This document shows, piece after piece, positions 48,336 to 59,040 of a stretch of DNA of 64,000 nucleotides. The notes under the pieces were generated by a model. The model was given only the letters and a program-made list of their open reading frames with translations, was not told the origin of the DNA and ran no database searches. The stretch comes from a virus. Lineage: Duplodnaviria; Caudoviricetes. A program made the position numbers and the translations under genes. Each line of letters begins with the position of its first letter. Within the stretch, counting starts at the first letter, position 1. The stretch is from positions 64,001-128,000 of the IMG/VR virus record IMGVR_UViG_3300028591_005215; one strand, written 5' to 3'.

Positions 48336-49148
48336 TTAGGAATCTAACCTATCAAGAATCTTAGTAATTAATTTGTTTCTAACAATATCTTCTCTTGAAA
48401 AAGTTGTAACTGCCACTTCTTCCATTCCATCCAATTTATCAGCCACATATGATAGCCCACATTCATCTTTCCCTTTTACAATTGATTGCCTATTTACTTG
48501 CTCGCAATCACCTGTAATAACAAGTTTACTTTTTTCACCAATGCGAGTAAGGATAAGTTTCATATCTTCTTTAGTATATTGTTCTGCTTCATTAACAAGA
48601 ATAAGTGCATTATCAAATGTTTTACCTAACATAAAGTTAATAAATTCATATTGTATAACACCACTATTAATCAGTTGGCTTGAAATTAATTTTGCTTCAT
48701 TATTTTCACTCATTTTAAGGATTTTTTCAATAGTATATCTATCTACATCCTTAAATGGTCTTGTTTTATCTTCAAGTTCACCTTTTAGGAAGCCAAACCC
48801 CATGTCTTTTCCAGATGCTTGTGCTGTAGGTACTACCATTATAATTTTATCAAATTCACCATCCTTTATTGCCTTAAGTCCATAAGATAACGACATAAAT
48901 GATTTGCCCGTACCAGCAGAACCTGTTCCAAAGCATATTTCTTTATTTTTATCTTTAAGTGATTTTAGAAATTCTTTTTGCTTTTCATTTTTGCATTTAA
49001 TGCTTAATTTATAACTTAAAAGTTTTAGCTGATTCTTATATCCATCAACATATTCATAATTATCGCTTAATTCAGGCGCTTTCATTTTTGCATTGATGAA
49101 GTCCAAATCTTCTTCTGAAATGTTTGCTAAACGCTTTCTTTTTCCCAT
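48336..49148 (-). CDS. phoH: PhoH family protein
   Basis: GSAGTGKS, GFLKGELEDK, FMLGKTFDNA, LTRIGEKSKLVITGDCEQ, DIVRN; likely start MGKRKR at 49148. Confidence 0.9.
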   Translation of the reverse strand: MGKRKRLANISEEDLDFINAKMKAPELSDNYEYVDGYKNQLKLLSYKLSIKCKNEKQKEFLKSLKDKNKEICFGTGSAGTGKSFMSLSYGLKAIKDGEFDKIIMVVPTAQASGKDMGFGFLKGELEDKTRPFKDVDRYTIEKILKMSENNEAKLISSQLINSGVIQYEFINFMLGKTFDNALILVNEAEQYTKEDMKLILTRIGEKSKLVITGDCEQVNRQSIVKGKDECGLSYVADKLDGMEEVAVTTFSREDIVRNKLITKILDRLDS

Positions 49149-49319
49149 AAAATTTTTAATTAAAATTGTTAGTAAAAAAATAAATGGCATAAAACCTATA
49201 ATTCAATTATAAGGCAATCCTTTTTTCAATTATAAATATTGTCCATTTCCTATTTAAATGATATGAAAACATACGAATTTGTCAAGAAAGTAGAAATATT
49301 TTGTCTATTTAACATTTTT

Positions 49320-49660
49320 TTAGAACTTTGATAGAGTTATTAAGAAAAACAGTATTATATTTGCAACATATAAATCAAACAACTGTTTAAAAAATTATGA
49401 AATGTTCAATTTAATTAATAATAATGTAGATAAAAAAATATAAAAATACTATTCTTAGAATTAAAAAAATAGGTTTAACAAACATTAACTAAAACTATTT
49501 GGAAAAATAGAAATAAAAGAATATATTGCCATTGTTAACAAGAAAACAACAACGTTAATTAATTAACGAAATGTTTAATATCTTTTAACAAAAAAGATTT
49601 GCAATTATGAAAACAAAGTAATATATTGCAGTCGTTAATCAAAACAATAATTAATAACTT
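49320..49660 (+). promoter_or_regulatory. Tandem early/host-type promoter array
   Basis: TTTG...TATATT(T)GC units at about 49356, 49521 and 49621; the last two exactly 100 bp apart. Confidence 0.55.
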
Positions 49661-49676
49661 CAAATTTTAGAAGAGT

Positions 49677-50714
49677 ATGCAGAATTTAGATTTCAGTGCA
49701 TTTCAGATGCCAACAGCAGTAGACAACGTAGTAGTAGAAAACAATGTAGAAACTACACCATCAGTCATTGACTTCGACCACTTCGAGGATTGGTCTGAAA
49801 AAAAGGTTCAAGACTTAACTCTTGACCAACTTCGTCAGACTTCACGTGAACTTGGTGGAAATGGTGCTCCTAACAATGGCATTCTTCATTATCAGTTCAT
49901 TCAAAAAGTTCTTGATATGTGTAATGAACGTGGATTCAACGCTGAAATTCGTGACCTTTTTGCTTGTAAGCAAGGTTCTTCACAGTGGCCTGGTGTATCA
50001 ATCGTTGATGATATTGCAAAACGTATTGATGAGCCAGAATTGCTTCAGCAAAGAAACATTCACGCCACAATTGTAAGACGTGTGTTCTGCAATATTGTGA
50101 TTAAGGATTTCGATGAAAGTTCTGAATATACTAACGCACTTACATTGTCTTATTCACAGCGTGGTATACAAGCAGCTGTAGGACAGCACGTATATGCTTG
50201 CCATAACATGACAATCCTTGGTGCTGAACAGACTATTTCTACCTTCAATGATGGCACTACACCTAACAAAGGTCGCTATTCACGTGTTAAGATGAATTAT
50301 GAAAGTATTCTTCAGAAGATTGCTGATTGGTTAGACCATATGGATTCAATCGCACACAATGGAAGCGAGCGAATCAAGAAGATGAAGAGTACTGTCATCC
50401 CTGCTAATGTAATGTATGGATTATTTGGTGTGCTTGCAGCATATCGTGTTCAGTGTGACACAACAGTTCAGAGTATTCACGTTAAGGAAACATACCCACT
50501 TAACAACTCTCAGTTGAATACATTTATCGAAACCTGCCTTATCAAGGCAAAACAGAATTCTTATGCTGACCCTAACAAACAGGGATTCATTACAGCTTGG
50601 GATTTTTACAATGCAGCTACTGACACACAGAAGGCGCAGCAGATGGATAGCGTTCAGGTAATCCCACAAAATGTTGCATTACTGAACTTTATGGATAAGT
50701 TTGTTATTGGATAA
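49677..50714 (+). CDS. DUF932-like protein (tentative)
   Basis: GIQAAVGQHVYACHN (C.N motif) and TAWDFYNAAT pattern; higher GC and distinct codon usage. Confidence 0.55.
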   Translation: MQNLDFSAFQMPTAVDNVVVENNVETTPSVIDFDHFEDWSEKKVQDLTLDQLRQTSRELGGNGAPNNGILHYQFIQKVLDMCNERGFNAEIRDLFACKQGSSQWPGVSIVDDIAKRIDEPELLQQRNIHATIVRRVFCNIVIKDFDESSEYTNALTLSYSQRGIQAAVGQHVYACHNMTILGAEQTISTFNDGTTPNKGRYSRVKMNYESILQKIADWLDHMDSIAHNGSERIKKMKSTVIPANVMYGLFGVLAAYRVQCDTTVQSIHVKETYPLNNSQLNTFIETCLIKAKQNSYADPNKQGFITAWDFYNAATDTQKAQQMDSVQVIPQNVALLNFMDKFVIG

Positions 50715-50715
50715 C

Positions 50716-50755
50716 AAAATAAAAGGATAGTCTTGATTGACTATCCTTTTATTAT
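50716..50755. terminator. Bidirectional intrinsic terminator
   Basis: AATAAAAGGATAGTC...GACTATCCTTTTATT. Confidence 0.8.
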
Positions 50756-52279
50756 TTATATATATTTATTATTTAAATCATCTATAATTTTAAAATGTAT
50801 TTTATCGTGATGTATAATTGATTGCATACCGTAATTTATTTTAATGTCCACATAATAATTTTGCGGTATTAACATATTAGTATCAATTATCATATAACTT
50901 TCGGTTATTGTTTTATTTAAATGCTCCCATTTAATAACATCTATTTCTCTTTCACCGTCTTTTATATATAACCTTGCTTCTATACCGTCAATATTTTGTA
51001 CTTGCTTTGGTGTGTAGTTTACCCTTGTTATAACACCAAGTTTTCTAACGTCACCACGTTTTATTTCCTCATTGTCAGCAATACCAAACACTTGAGGTGT
51101 GAATGTTGGTTCATCTTCTATTGAGTTACCAATATTAAACCATACAGATGGTTGTTTAAGGGTAAAATCGAGCCCTACATCGCTTAGTTTTGTTCCATGG
51201 TATATAATATTAGTCCAAGTGTCATAAAGCATTGTATTGGACTCAAAATCGTTATGTGACAAATTGATATCTATATAATAAACACCAGTTGAATGTTGTT
51301 TTACCTCATATTCTTTTGAAAATTCTTCATAACCGCCATTTTCTTCAGAATAAACATCACCTGATACTGTGCATTTAGGCAATTCGTCAAGGTTCGTCAA
51401 TTTGCCACCTATTGTACAATAAAGATATAGCTTATTGTCCTTGTCTATAACGAAATTAGCCCTATCATCGGATATATAATCAGAATATTCAGTTTCTACA
51501 TATGGTTCAAAAAATGTGTTTGTTTTATCTGTTAAAAAGCCAACATAATTATCCTGTAAACTTTCTGACCTATAATAGGTATAAGCATTTTTTTCTGACG
51601 TGTTTTCAAAGTCTGGTGTAAATGCTACAGCAATACCATAATTTTCCAATTCACCTGTAATAAACTTATTGAAAATATCTGTTATATCCAATAATATATT
51701 TTCATTACCAATGTCAAAATGCTGTCTACCTATAATAATTTCGCTTCCTATTTCAGAAGAAAATTTATCGTATTCTTTTGATAACGTATCCGTAGAATAT
51801 ATGCCATCTTCAGGCCACTTATAGCCATTTTTAGGTTGATACCAATTGCTTCCATCGTATGACACTAATCTTGATGCGTTATGTCTATTTTTAGTGCCAA
51901 AATAATCTATATTAAAAGCATTTTTGGTATAATCAAAACCTTTACCTCTATCCCATTCTTGTGGTACAAGGAAAAAAATAATATCAAAAGACGTTGCACG
52001 TTTTTTAACACCATTACCAATAGAACTTGCATTTTTTTCATGCAATTGTGTAAAGTCTAAAGAACCTGCATTTGTTATATGTAGTGTATGCTTTAGTTTA
52101 TCTACATTTGGGAATATTCCATTTTTAACCATTTCTTTTACTTTGCTATGGTCAAAATAAAATAACATTCTCGTAGTGTGTAAACCATATACCAATTCTG
52201 ATATAGGGTTTATACCAGTATTTATTTTGCTTTCTTTGATAATAGTATTAAATTTGCTTAAATATGTACGTTGTATCAT
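50756..52279 (-). CDS. Putative virion structural protein
   Basis: 507 aa, beta-rich; late motif at 52299-52306; adjacent to baseplate genes. Confidence 0.6.
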   Translation of the reverse strand: MIQRTYLSKFNTIIKESKINTGINPISELVYGLHTTRMLFYFDHSKVKEMVKNGIFPNVDKLKHTLHITNAGSLDFTQLHEKNASSIGNGVKKRATSFDIIFFLVPQEWDRGKGFDYTKNAFNIDYFGTKNRHNASRLVSYDGSNWYQPKNGYKWPEDGIYSTDTLSKEYDKFSSEIGSEIIIGRQHFDIGNENILLDITDIFNKFITGELENYGIAVAFTPDFENTSEKNAYTYYRSESLQDNYVGFLTDKTNTFFEPYVETEYSDYISDDRANFVIDKDNKLYLYCTIGGKLTNLDELPKCTVSGDVYSEENGGYEEFSKEYEVKQHSTGVYYIDINLSHNDFESNTMLYDTWTNIIYHGTKLSDVGLDFTLKQPSVWFNIGNSIEDEPTFTPQVFGIADNEEIKRGDVRKLGVITRVNYTPKQVQNIDGIEARLYIKDGEREIDVIKWEHLNKTITESYMIIDTNMLIPQNYYVDIKINYGMQSIIHHDKIHFKIIDDLNNKYI

Positions 52280-52307
52280 TTCTTTGATTTATTTAATAAT
52301 AAATATT

Positions 52308-53261
52308 TTAAGATATGCGAACTACTGTAGATAGTATATCATTCAAGTCAAAATTCTTAACTGAAAGTACATAATCAGCTACAACTGGTGGCAAGCCATT
52401 GTAATTATGCACATGATTTAAAAATGCATCACATAATAATTTAAGAAATTTTACAAGCACATCACCTTTAGGAAGTTGATGGAGCTGCGACATCATTTCA
52501 TCCATATCACCATCCCTAATTAAAGATTTATTCTTCGCTTTTTCAACATTAATAGATGTATCTCTAACACCTACAATGTTAATCTTGTCTGCAACAATAT
52601 TAATTGCACTATTCATGTAATTAGATTGACTAATCTTTTCACCAGCTTTAGCATCATAATTTTTAGATAATGTGCCCAAATTTTCCTTATACTTCATTTG
52701 TATGTAAGCAGGGTCAACATTATTAAAAATTATTTTGCCTACATTAAGAATAGTACCTTCTTTTCTTGAACCAATATTTGCAAGTGTGTCTTCCTTTCTT
52801 ATGCCACATCTAAGAACAACTTCATCAGACCCTTCTTTTGTGTGTCTCATTATCATGTCTTGACTGTCCCTTCCAACAACTGACACATCGCCAATTTCAG
52901 GGAAAGAACCATCTGTCCTTGAATCATTATGTATATTACCCAAAGGTTCAATTGCCCTACCATCTAAACAGGCTAATGCTTCCCCTCTACCATATTGGAA
53001 TTCACTTTTGGTATTATATTGTGGCTGTGGAATAATTGGTCCTATATAATACCTATTACTATCTTTTCTCTTATCATCTTCATTGATAATAAACACACCT
53101 TCACCAACTTTAGGCACTACTTGAAACTGTTTAGGCATTAGAGGGAATGCCCAAGGTAATTCAGAGCTCCCATCTTGTTTAGTCCTTGCTTTAATTCTTA
53201 GACCACCTGCAGGGTCAGTTGTAGTTTCTTCTACATGACCCATTTTTACTATTATCGCCAT
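52308..53261 (-). CDS. Baseplate hub/spike protein (gp5/gpV-like)
   Basis: DP..LRIKAR..PWAFPL..VPKVGE.V..YYIG OB-fold pattern; C-terminal HVH. Confidence 0.7.
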   Translation of the reverse strand: MAIIVKMGHVEETTTDPAGGLRIKARTKQDGSSELPWAFPLMPKQFQVVPKVGEGVFIINEDDKRKDSNRYYIGPIIPQPQYNTKSEFQYGRGEALACLDGRAIEPLGNIHNDSRTDGSFPEIGDVSVVGRDSQDMIMRHTKEGSDEVVLRCGIRKEDTLANIGSRKEGTILNVGKIIFNNVDPAYIQMKYKENLGTLSKNYDAKAGEKISQSNYMNSAINIVADKINIVGVRDTSINVEKAKNKSLIRDGDMDEMMSQLHQLPKGDVLVKFLKLLCDAFLNHVHNYNGLPPVVADYVLSVKNFDLNDILSTVVRIS

Positions 53262-53464
53262 AATCCTTTACTTCGTTTATCTATCTCTTTTTTAGCATTG
53301 GAATAATCAATATCAAGTTCTTGCATTTCATGTATAAGTTGCAAAACTTTTCTTTTATTAGCTTCGTATTTATCTTCCAATGCTTTAAGTTTTAAATTAA
53401 GTTCAGCATTAGTATAATTTTTAAAATTTTCCATTTTATTGTATGATTGCTGTACCGTTAGCAA
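53252..53464 (-). CDS. Small coiled-coil protein
   Basis: In the operon, overlapping both neighbours; start may be the internal Met. Confidence 0.6.
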   Translation of the reverse strand: MLTVQQSYNKMENFKNYTNAELNLKLKALEDKYEANKRKVLQLIHEMQELDIDYSNAKKEIDKRSKGLWR

Positions 53465-53837
53465 AATTTGTATTAATCCCTTGTGAAATCATAGGTCCAC
53501 CTGAATTAGAACCAGTAGTTACAACTGTCAGTGCACCAGGTTGCACTGCGATTTGAATATTTGCATCTTCATGTAAAGCCCTATATATTTCTTCAACAAT
53601 AGCAAATATTACTGCAACGGTTTTATTTTCATCGCCATCTTTAAAGTGGCCTGTAGGTATTCCGTGTTTTTGCAAAGCTTTAACAATATTACCAACTGAT
53701 ATAACAGTGGATAACCCAGGTCTTTTAAAACCGCCTATTGCCATAAGCATTGCAGGTATAATTGGTGCAGCCGACCTTATTGATTCAAAAACTGCATTTA
53801 TTGGTCTTGTTATTGAACTTATATTCATTTTTAACAA
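53436..53837 (-). CDS. Putative baseplate-associated protein
   Basis: Operon context; Gly-rich beta C-terminus. Confidence 0.55.
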   Translation of the reverse strand: MLKMNISSITRPINAVFESIRSAAPIIPAMLMAIGGFKRPGLSTVISVGNIVKALQKHGIPTGHFKDGDENKTVAVIFAIVEEIYRALHEDANIQIAVQPGALTVVTTGSNSGGPMISQGINTNFANGTAIIQ

Positions 53838-56815
53838 TTATCTGTAGATACTGGTTTATCAGTATTATTATTTGTTATAATATCAGCATATCCTACATTG
53901 TCTATAATTGTAGGCAAATCATAATCATATCCGTTTCCATTGTTATAATATTCAGAACCGCTAAATTTACTCTTTAACCCTTCTAATACTGAATTTAATT
54001 GGGCAGAATAAGACTTGTCAACATTTAACAATGCCATTAATTGTGATAAAATGTTTTGATGAACTGATATCTGTTCTTTCTTAACTTCAACTTTTAATTC
54101 AACAGCCAATTTGCCAACAGAATCAAGAACATAATCAAGTATTTTCTTGATTATTAAATCCCTTATTTCTTTAACTATGCCCACAACAACGCCTTTCATG
54201 CCATTAAGTAAATCATTAGCATTAAATGTCTCACCACCATCACCCATTAATTGTTTGTTAACTGCAATAAGCATTAGCAATTTAGGACTTAATATTGATT
54301 CTACTATAACAGATACAAGTTGACTTATCATGTTGGTAGTAAAATTAATTTTAACTTTTTTGGCGTCAGCAGTTGTGTAAGCTGTTGTTAATGCACTTCC
54401 ATTAGTTTGACTAATTTTAGCCGTAGCTGCTGTTATTACATTACTAATTACTTTTTTCTGTTCTTCTTTAGTACCATATTCAGGATATTCTTGAAGTATG
54501 CCGTATACATCAGTAAAATCTACCGAATTATTCTTATCATTTATATATGGCTGCTGATTATATCTTTTTTCTTCAGCAGTTTTTAGCATTGATTCAAATC
54601 TGCTATTGTCAAACTTAAAAAAGCAATCAGACAATTCAGAATCTTCAGTTTCAACAATTTCCCTAACAATTTCAACAATAGAATTTCTCATGTCATTGAA
54701 ATTAATGTCTGATTTTCCATTATTAAAATCAAACCCAACTTCAAAAGAAGCATCATTACTTGGGTTAGTTGCTGCTTCCAATAGTTTATAGCATACAACT
54801 TTAGAGTCAAGTAGCTTCATTCCCATGACAAAATCATAGTTAAATTCATACACTGTAAGACCTTTATAGCATTGTACTAAATGTTTGGTATAATCACCTT
54901 CCCTATTATTTTTATCATTGTAATCAGCCAAAAAATAGTCACCTGTGTCTATACTAATGTATAACCCGCAAGAGTCCTCTTCTTCACCAACCATTAATTT
55001 TACATATCCATTATCATTTTCTTCACTTTTAGCTATTTTAGTATTTAGACATTCAGTGAGGACTGATATATACTTAGCCTTCGTAGAATCTGTATCAGTA
55101 GGGTCACTTTGCGAATTAGACGGTTTCCACGCTTCAATTGACATTTTAAAAGCCAATATTTCATGCGCTTCATAAGTTTCTACTATTTTAGTTTTAACTT
55201 TATTAATGTCTTTTACATCATCAACCGTTTCGCTGTAAATCATAACAGCAACATTTTTAAGATTATCTAAATATGAAGCATTATTCATTGCTTCAGTTAC
55301 TGCCATATTACTATTAAAAAGTCCTATTTTATCATTATGGACATATGGCAAATTTTTAGAATTCATCCTTTCAGTTGGTAATGAAAAAGCACCGTTTGGG
55401 TCAGGATTTCCATAAGCATCAAATAATATTCTTTTTGCTCTCCATATAGGTTCACCTGTATCCACATATGGTAGATATACATATGGTTTAGGCAAAATAG
55501 TAAATTTAAGCTTTTGCGTTGACCCTCCTACATATGTTGTTGCATAATCAGTAGGCTGCATATATTGCAAATTGCATATAGCAATTTGATTTGTATAATC
55601 ATCTATACTGCTTTTAGATTTATATCCTAAATTATAGTTATAATATTTAGTTTTATCAACATATAAATCAGCACTATTCCAGTTACTTGAAACAGGCACA
55701 AATTGATTGGAAAAAATTCTTGTTGCACCTGTATCTGAAATATCTTGCTCTTCATAGTTAGCACCTATACATAATGCTATTTCGTTAGGTGTATTTTCAT
55801 TAACAATTGCTGTGCCTACTGATATGTTAGACGATTCATTTTCATCAATAACATTAAGATTCATCGGTGTAAAAAGACTTGCCTTTCCATCTTGACCTGA
55901 CATATCAACAAATTTAGTGCCATTTATTGATACTGTTTGCCCTGAAATAACTGCTTCGGTTGGTGAAGGAAACTTCGCAACATGCATTACAAACCATATA
56001 AAAGCATTTCTATCTTCGGCCCTACATAGTTCCCATTTACTTCTCATATTTCCGTAAATAGCATTCCTATTCACTTCATTTGACCCATCAGTTTTTTGTG
56101 CTATATTGTATCCAGCGTTTTCAGAAACGCCAAAGTCTTTCAAAAACTTAGTCATTTCATCATAAAGAACGCCAAAGTAATAATTTTTACCTTTATCACT
56201 ATAAGGTGAAAATGCTAATATACCTTCAGGGTCAATTGAATCACAGTCTATTAACATTCCACGTTCTGCTTCAGCAGATGGCGTCCCATCATATGATTTA
56301 AATTTATATTTTAATTCATCAAAATAGTATTCTCCAGTTCTTTGCCTTAATTGCTTTGGTATTCTTGGGTCAGCTGCACAAGATACTATTGATTTGATAT
56401 TAGATAGTAATGAAGCTTTAATACCAAGTTCAACAGCAGGTAAAACATCAACCAACAAATCAACTAAAAAAGCTTTTAATTCTTCATCAGTTACGCCAAG
56501 TTTTGATAATAAGTCCATTAGTAACCCCAATGGGCTTAAAGAAAAATTAAAAGAATTAGACGTAAGTACATCCATTCCAGCATCAACAAATGCAGGCAAT
56601 TCTTCCATAATTGCCATTGCAGTATCAAGATTGGCATATACTTCTCTTTCAGAATCTTTTATTTTTTTCTGATATTCATTTGCCTTATCTTGCGCTACTG
56701 ATTTTTTCTTTGCATCTAATGCATTATTTTTAGCACCTTCAGTTTTACCAATTAAGGTACTACTATTTATTTGCACTTGAGAAGATACTTTATTTGATGA
56801 TGTACTTACTGCCAT
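53831..56815 (-). CDS. Large putative structural protein
   Basis: 994 aa in the late baseplate operon. Confidence 0.65.
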   Translation of the reverse strand: MAVSTSSNKVSSQVQINSSTLIGKTEGAKNNALDAKKKSVAQDKANEYQKKIKDSEREVYANLDTAMAIMEELPAFVDAGMDVLTSNSFNFSLSPLGLLMDLLSKLGVTDEELKAFLVDLLVDVLPAVELGIKASLLSNIKSIVSCAADPRIPKQLRQRTGEYYFDELKYKFKSYDGTPSAEAERGMLIDCDSIDPEGILAFSPYSDKGKNYYFGVLYDEMTKFLKDFGVSENAGYNIAQKTDGSNEVNRNAIYGNMRSKWELCRAEDRNAFIWFVMHVAKFPSPTEAVISGQTVSINGTKFVDMSGQDGKASLFTPMNLNVIDENESSNISVGTAIVNENTPNEIALCIGANYEEQDISDTGATRIFSNQFVPVSSNWNSADLYVDKTKYYNYNLGYKSKSSIDDYTNQIAICNLQYMQPTDYATTYVGGSTQKLKFTILPKPYVYLPYVDTGEPIWRAKRILFDAYGNPDPNGAFSLPTERMNSKNLPYVHNDKIGLFNSNMAVTEAMNNASYLDNLKNVAVMIYSETVDDVKDINKVKTKIVETYEAHEILAFKMSIEAWKPSNSQSDPTDTDSTKAKYISVLTECLNTKIAKSEENDNGYVKLMVGEEEDSCGLYISIDTGDYFLADYNDKNNREGDYTKHLVQCYKGLTVYEFNYDFVMGMKLLDSKVVCYKLLEAATNPSNDASFEVGFDFNNGKSDINFNDMRNSIVEIVREIVETEDSELSDCFFKFDNSRFESMLKTAEEKRYNQQPYINDKNNSVDFTDVYGILQEYPEYGTKEEQKKVISNVITAATAKISQTNGSALTTAYTTADAKKVKINFTTNMISQLVSVIVESILSPKLLMLIAVNKQLMGDGGETFNANDLLNGMKGVVVGIVKEIRDLIIKKILDYVLDSVGKLAVELKVEVKKEQISVHQNILSQLMALLNVDKSYSAQLNSVLEGLKSKFSGSEYYNNGNGYDYDLPTIIDNVGYADIITNNNTDKPVSTDNC

Positions 56816-57210
56816 TATTTCTTAAGTTCTATAGTTTTAGTTTTATCAGGTTCTTCGTATGATTCACTTACCATTTGCCTAATCTTTTTCATGTCAAATG
56901 TACCTACACTTGCAGCCCCAGATTCAACTGCTTCTTTGACATTGCCGTTGTGATTCATAATTTCAGTCATTAATTTGGCAATATCCAATTTTGTTCTAAT
57001 AGCTTTGTCTTTGATTGTCATATAATCATTCATAGCTTTAGAATACTTTTGTTTACTGTCCATTACTTCGTCTTGTAAACGTGTAGCGTTTGCCAATTTA
57101 TTCATTTCATCTTGAGCTTGAATAAGTTGTTGGTCAGCTAATCTATACGTTTCCTGCAACAATTCACGAATATTATTGGAACTATTTAATTCAACTTTAA
57201 ATTTTGCCAT
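56815..57210 (-). CDS. Helical hypothetical protein
   Basis: 131 aa; late motif at 57226-57233. Confidence 0.65.
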   Translation of the reverse strand: MAKFKVELNSSNNIRELLQETYRLADQQLIQAQDEMNKLANATRLQDEVMDSKQKYSKAMNDYMTIKDKAIRTKLDIAKLMTEIMNHNGNVKEAVESGAASVGTFDMKKIRQMVSESYEEPDKTKTIELKK

Positions 57211-57237
57211 ATTTATAATTTATAAATAAATATTAGT

Positions 57238-57963
57238 TTATTCATTTATCATTACTTTTTTTAAGCCGTAATACGCTGCTTTATACTTTCGCATACCGTC
57301 TCTAATTTGTTTGGTATTAAGCAATGTTGTTTCTTTAAGAAACAATAAAATAGAACTTTTATTGAATTTATTACTACCCATTTGTGCAAATAAATCTTCC
57401 CAGTTAGTCATTAATTCAATAAGCGCTTGTCCTACCTTTATTTCATCATCATTAAGTTTTAATATATCCCTATCTTCTATAATTCCATAAATTTCTTTAA
57501 TGGTCTTTCTCATTAACTCATTTAAAAATGCTAAATTTGTTGTTTCATCTGAATAGGAAAACTTAATATTATCAATGATGTCGTTTTGCATTACGTCATA
57601 CCTATCATTCCTTTTTTGATTTTTATTAAATTGATTAATTTTATATATCAAATAATTTTTACAAATTGTACCACAGTATGAATAAGCTTTATACCCAACA
57701 TCAGGTTTAAAATTATTAATCTTAGTCATCAAAAAAGAAATTGTGTCATCAAATGTTTCTTTGAATTCTTCATTAGGCGGATAAAGATTATATCTTCTTA
57801 TAATTGATTCCACCATTTTAGTTAGAGCTGGCTCTAACCATTCATTAAAGATTTTATCTTTTTCTTCCTTTGTTTCCGCTTTTAAATAATCTTTAATAGC
57901 TTGTTCCTGCTCCAAGCCAAAATAATTTTTATTTTTTGAAGGTTTACGACCTCTACGACCCAT
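57238..57963 (-). CDS. gp55-like late transcription sigma factor
   Basis: NYF..., LTKMVESIIRRY, INNFKPDVGYKAYSYCGTICKNYLI resembles sigma region 2; no evident region 4. Confidence 0.65.
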   Translation of the reverse strand: MGRRGRKPSKNKNYFGLEQEQAIKDYLKAETKEEKDKIFNEWLEPALTKMVESIIRRYNLYPPNEEFKETFDDTISFLMTKINNFKPDVGYKAYSYCGTICKNYLIYKINQFNKNQKRNDRYDVMQNDIIDNIKFSYSDETTNLAFLNELMRKTIKEIYGIIEDRDILKLNDDEIKVGQALIELMTNWEDLFAQMGSNKFNKSSILLFLKETTLLNTKQIRDGMRKYKAAYYGLKKVMINE

Positions 57964-58178
57964 TTTTAATTTTGTCTTTGTATTTATATTTAGATGAAAC
58001 GTCTAAATAAGTTATTTTTATACTAAATATCATCAAAGGCAAAATTCTACGTAATTTCAACGCACTTTCTTTCACATTTTTTTTCAAAAATCTCCGTGTT
58101 GCTATTTTGATGTATAAAAAAATGACGTTAACCATTACAATTAACGCCATTATATAAATCATTTAAAACTCAATTATT

Positions 58179-58943
58179 TTAGTTTTCTTTGTTATAAGGC
58201 GATATTTCTCTTTCTTTGAAGAAATACTCCTTTTTAGCAATTCCCATCCAATACTTTACTTCATCATCAGTAACAGTATTTCTGTAAGATTCAATCAAAG
58301 AATCCTTTCTTCCAAGATAATGAACATATCCAACCTTTGGAATGACAAATACTTTCTTACCTTTATTAGTTGCCCTTAAAAGGAATTCATACCAAAAGTA
58401 AATTTCAATATTCGGCTTTAACCCACCAATTTCTTTCCAATCTGCGGTATTAAATACAGAACCTGTTAAATAAAACTCAAAAAAGTTTTGCAAACAGTCT
58501 AAATCAATATAGCCAATTTCATTACTAAAACTTGATGCCCAAGGCGCTTCATTACCGAAACCAGCATATTCTTTAGTGTTGAAATCCACCAAATCTTCAA
58601 GTGGCATAAAAACACTAACAGTAGGCTCATTATCAATATATTTCTTAGCGTTATCAAACCAAATTGGCGTATATTCGTCATCATATTCAAGAATGGTAAA
58701 CCACTTATAATTTTCATCTACTGCATTGTTAACTAATGTCTGAAAATTAGTAGCATCACCATTTGATAATACTTTTACATTCTTATAATCTGCTACTGCC
58801 TTAGTAATTTCATCAGAATAAGTGTCATTTGTTGAAACTACAATATCAAAATCATTTGGAACAGATTTAATTGCATCTTCAAGTAATGGTTTAACTTCTT
58901 CATCAAATTTATGTAAAGGCAAAATAACTAATATTTCACTCAT
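58179..58943 (-). CDS. Glycosyltransferase family 2-like
   Basis: VILPLH...AIKSV; ILEYDD (DxD-like); EIGG; VIPKVGYVH. Confidence 0.75.
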   Translation of the reverse strand: MSEILVILPLHKFDEEVKPLLEDAIKSVPNDFDIVVSTNDTYSDEITKAVADYKNVKVLSNGDATNFQTLVNNAVDENYKWFTILEYDDEYTPIWFDNAKKYIDNEPTVSVFMPLEDLVDFNTKEYAGFGNEAPWASSFSNEIGYIDLDCLQNFFEFYLTGSVFNTADWKEIGGLKPNIEIYFWYEFLLRATNKGKKVFVIPKVGYVHYLGRKDSLIESYRNTVTDDEVKYWMGIAKKEYFFKEREISPYNKEN

Positions 58944-59040
58944 TTTTTTAGTCTCTATTAAAAATTATTAATTAATACAATACAATCCACATTATTTGGT
59001 TCGTAACTACCTAAAATTTCACTGCATGTATATTTCTCCA

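Noticed and set aside
57953-58162. 69 aa hydrophobic ORF upstream of the sigma gene as a holin
   Set aside because: Only one hydrophobic stretch and no lysis context; may be non-coding, so not called
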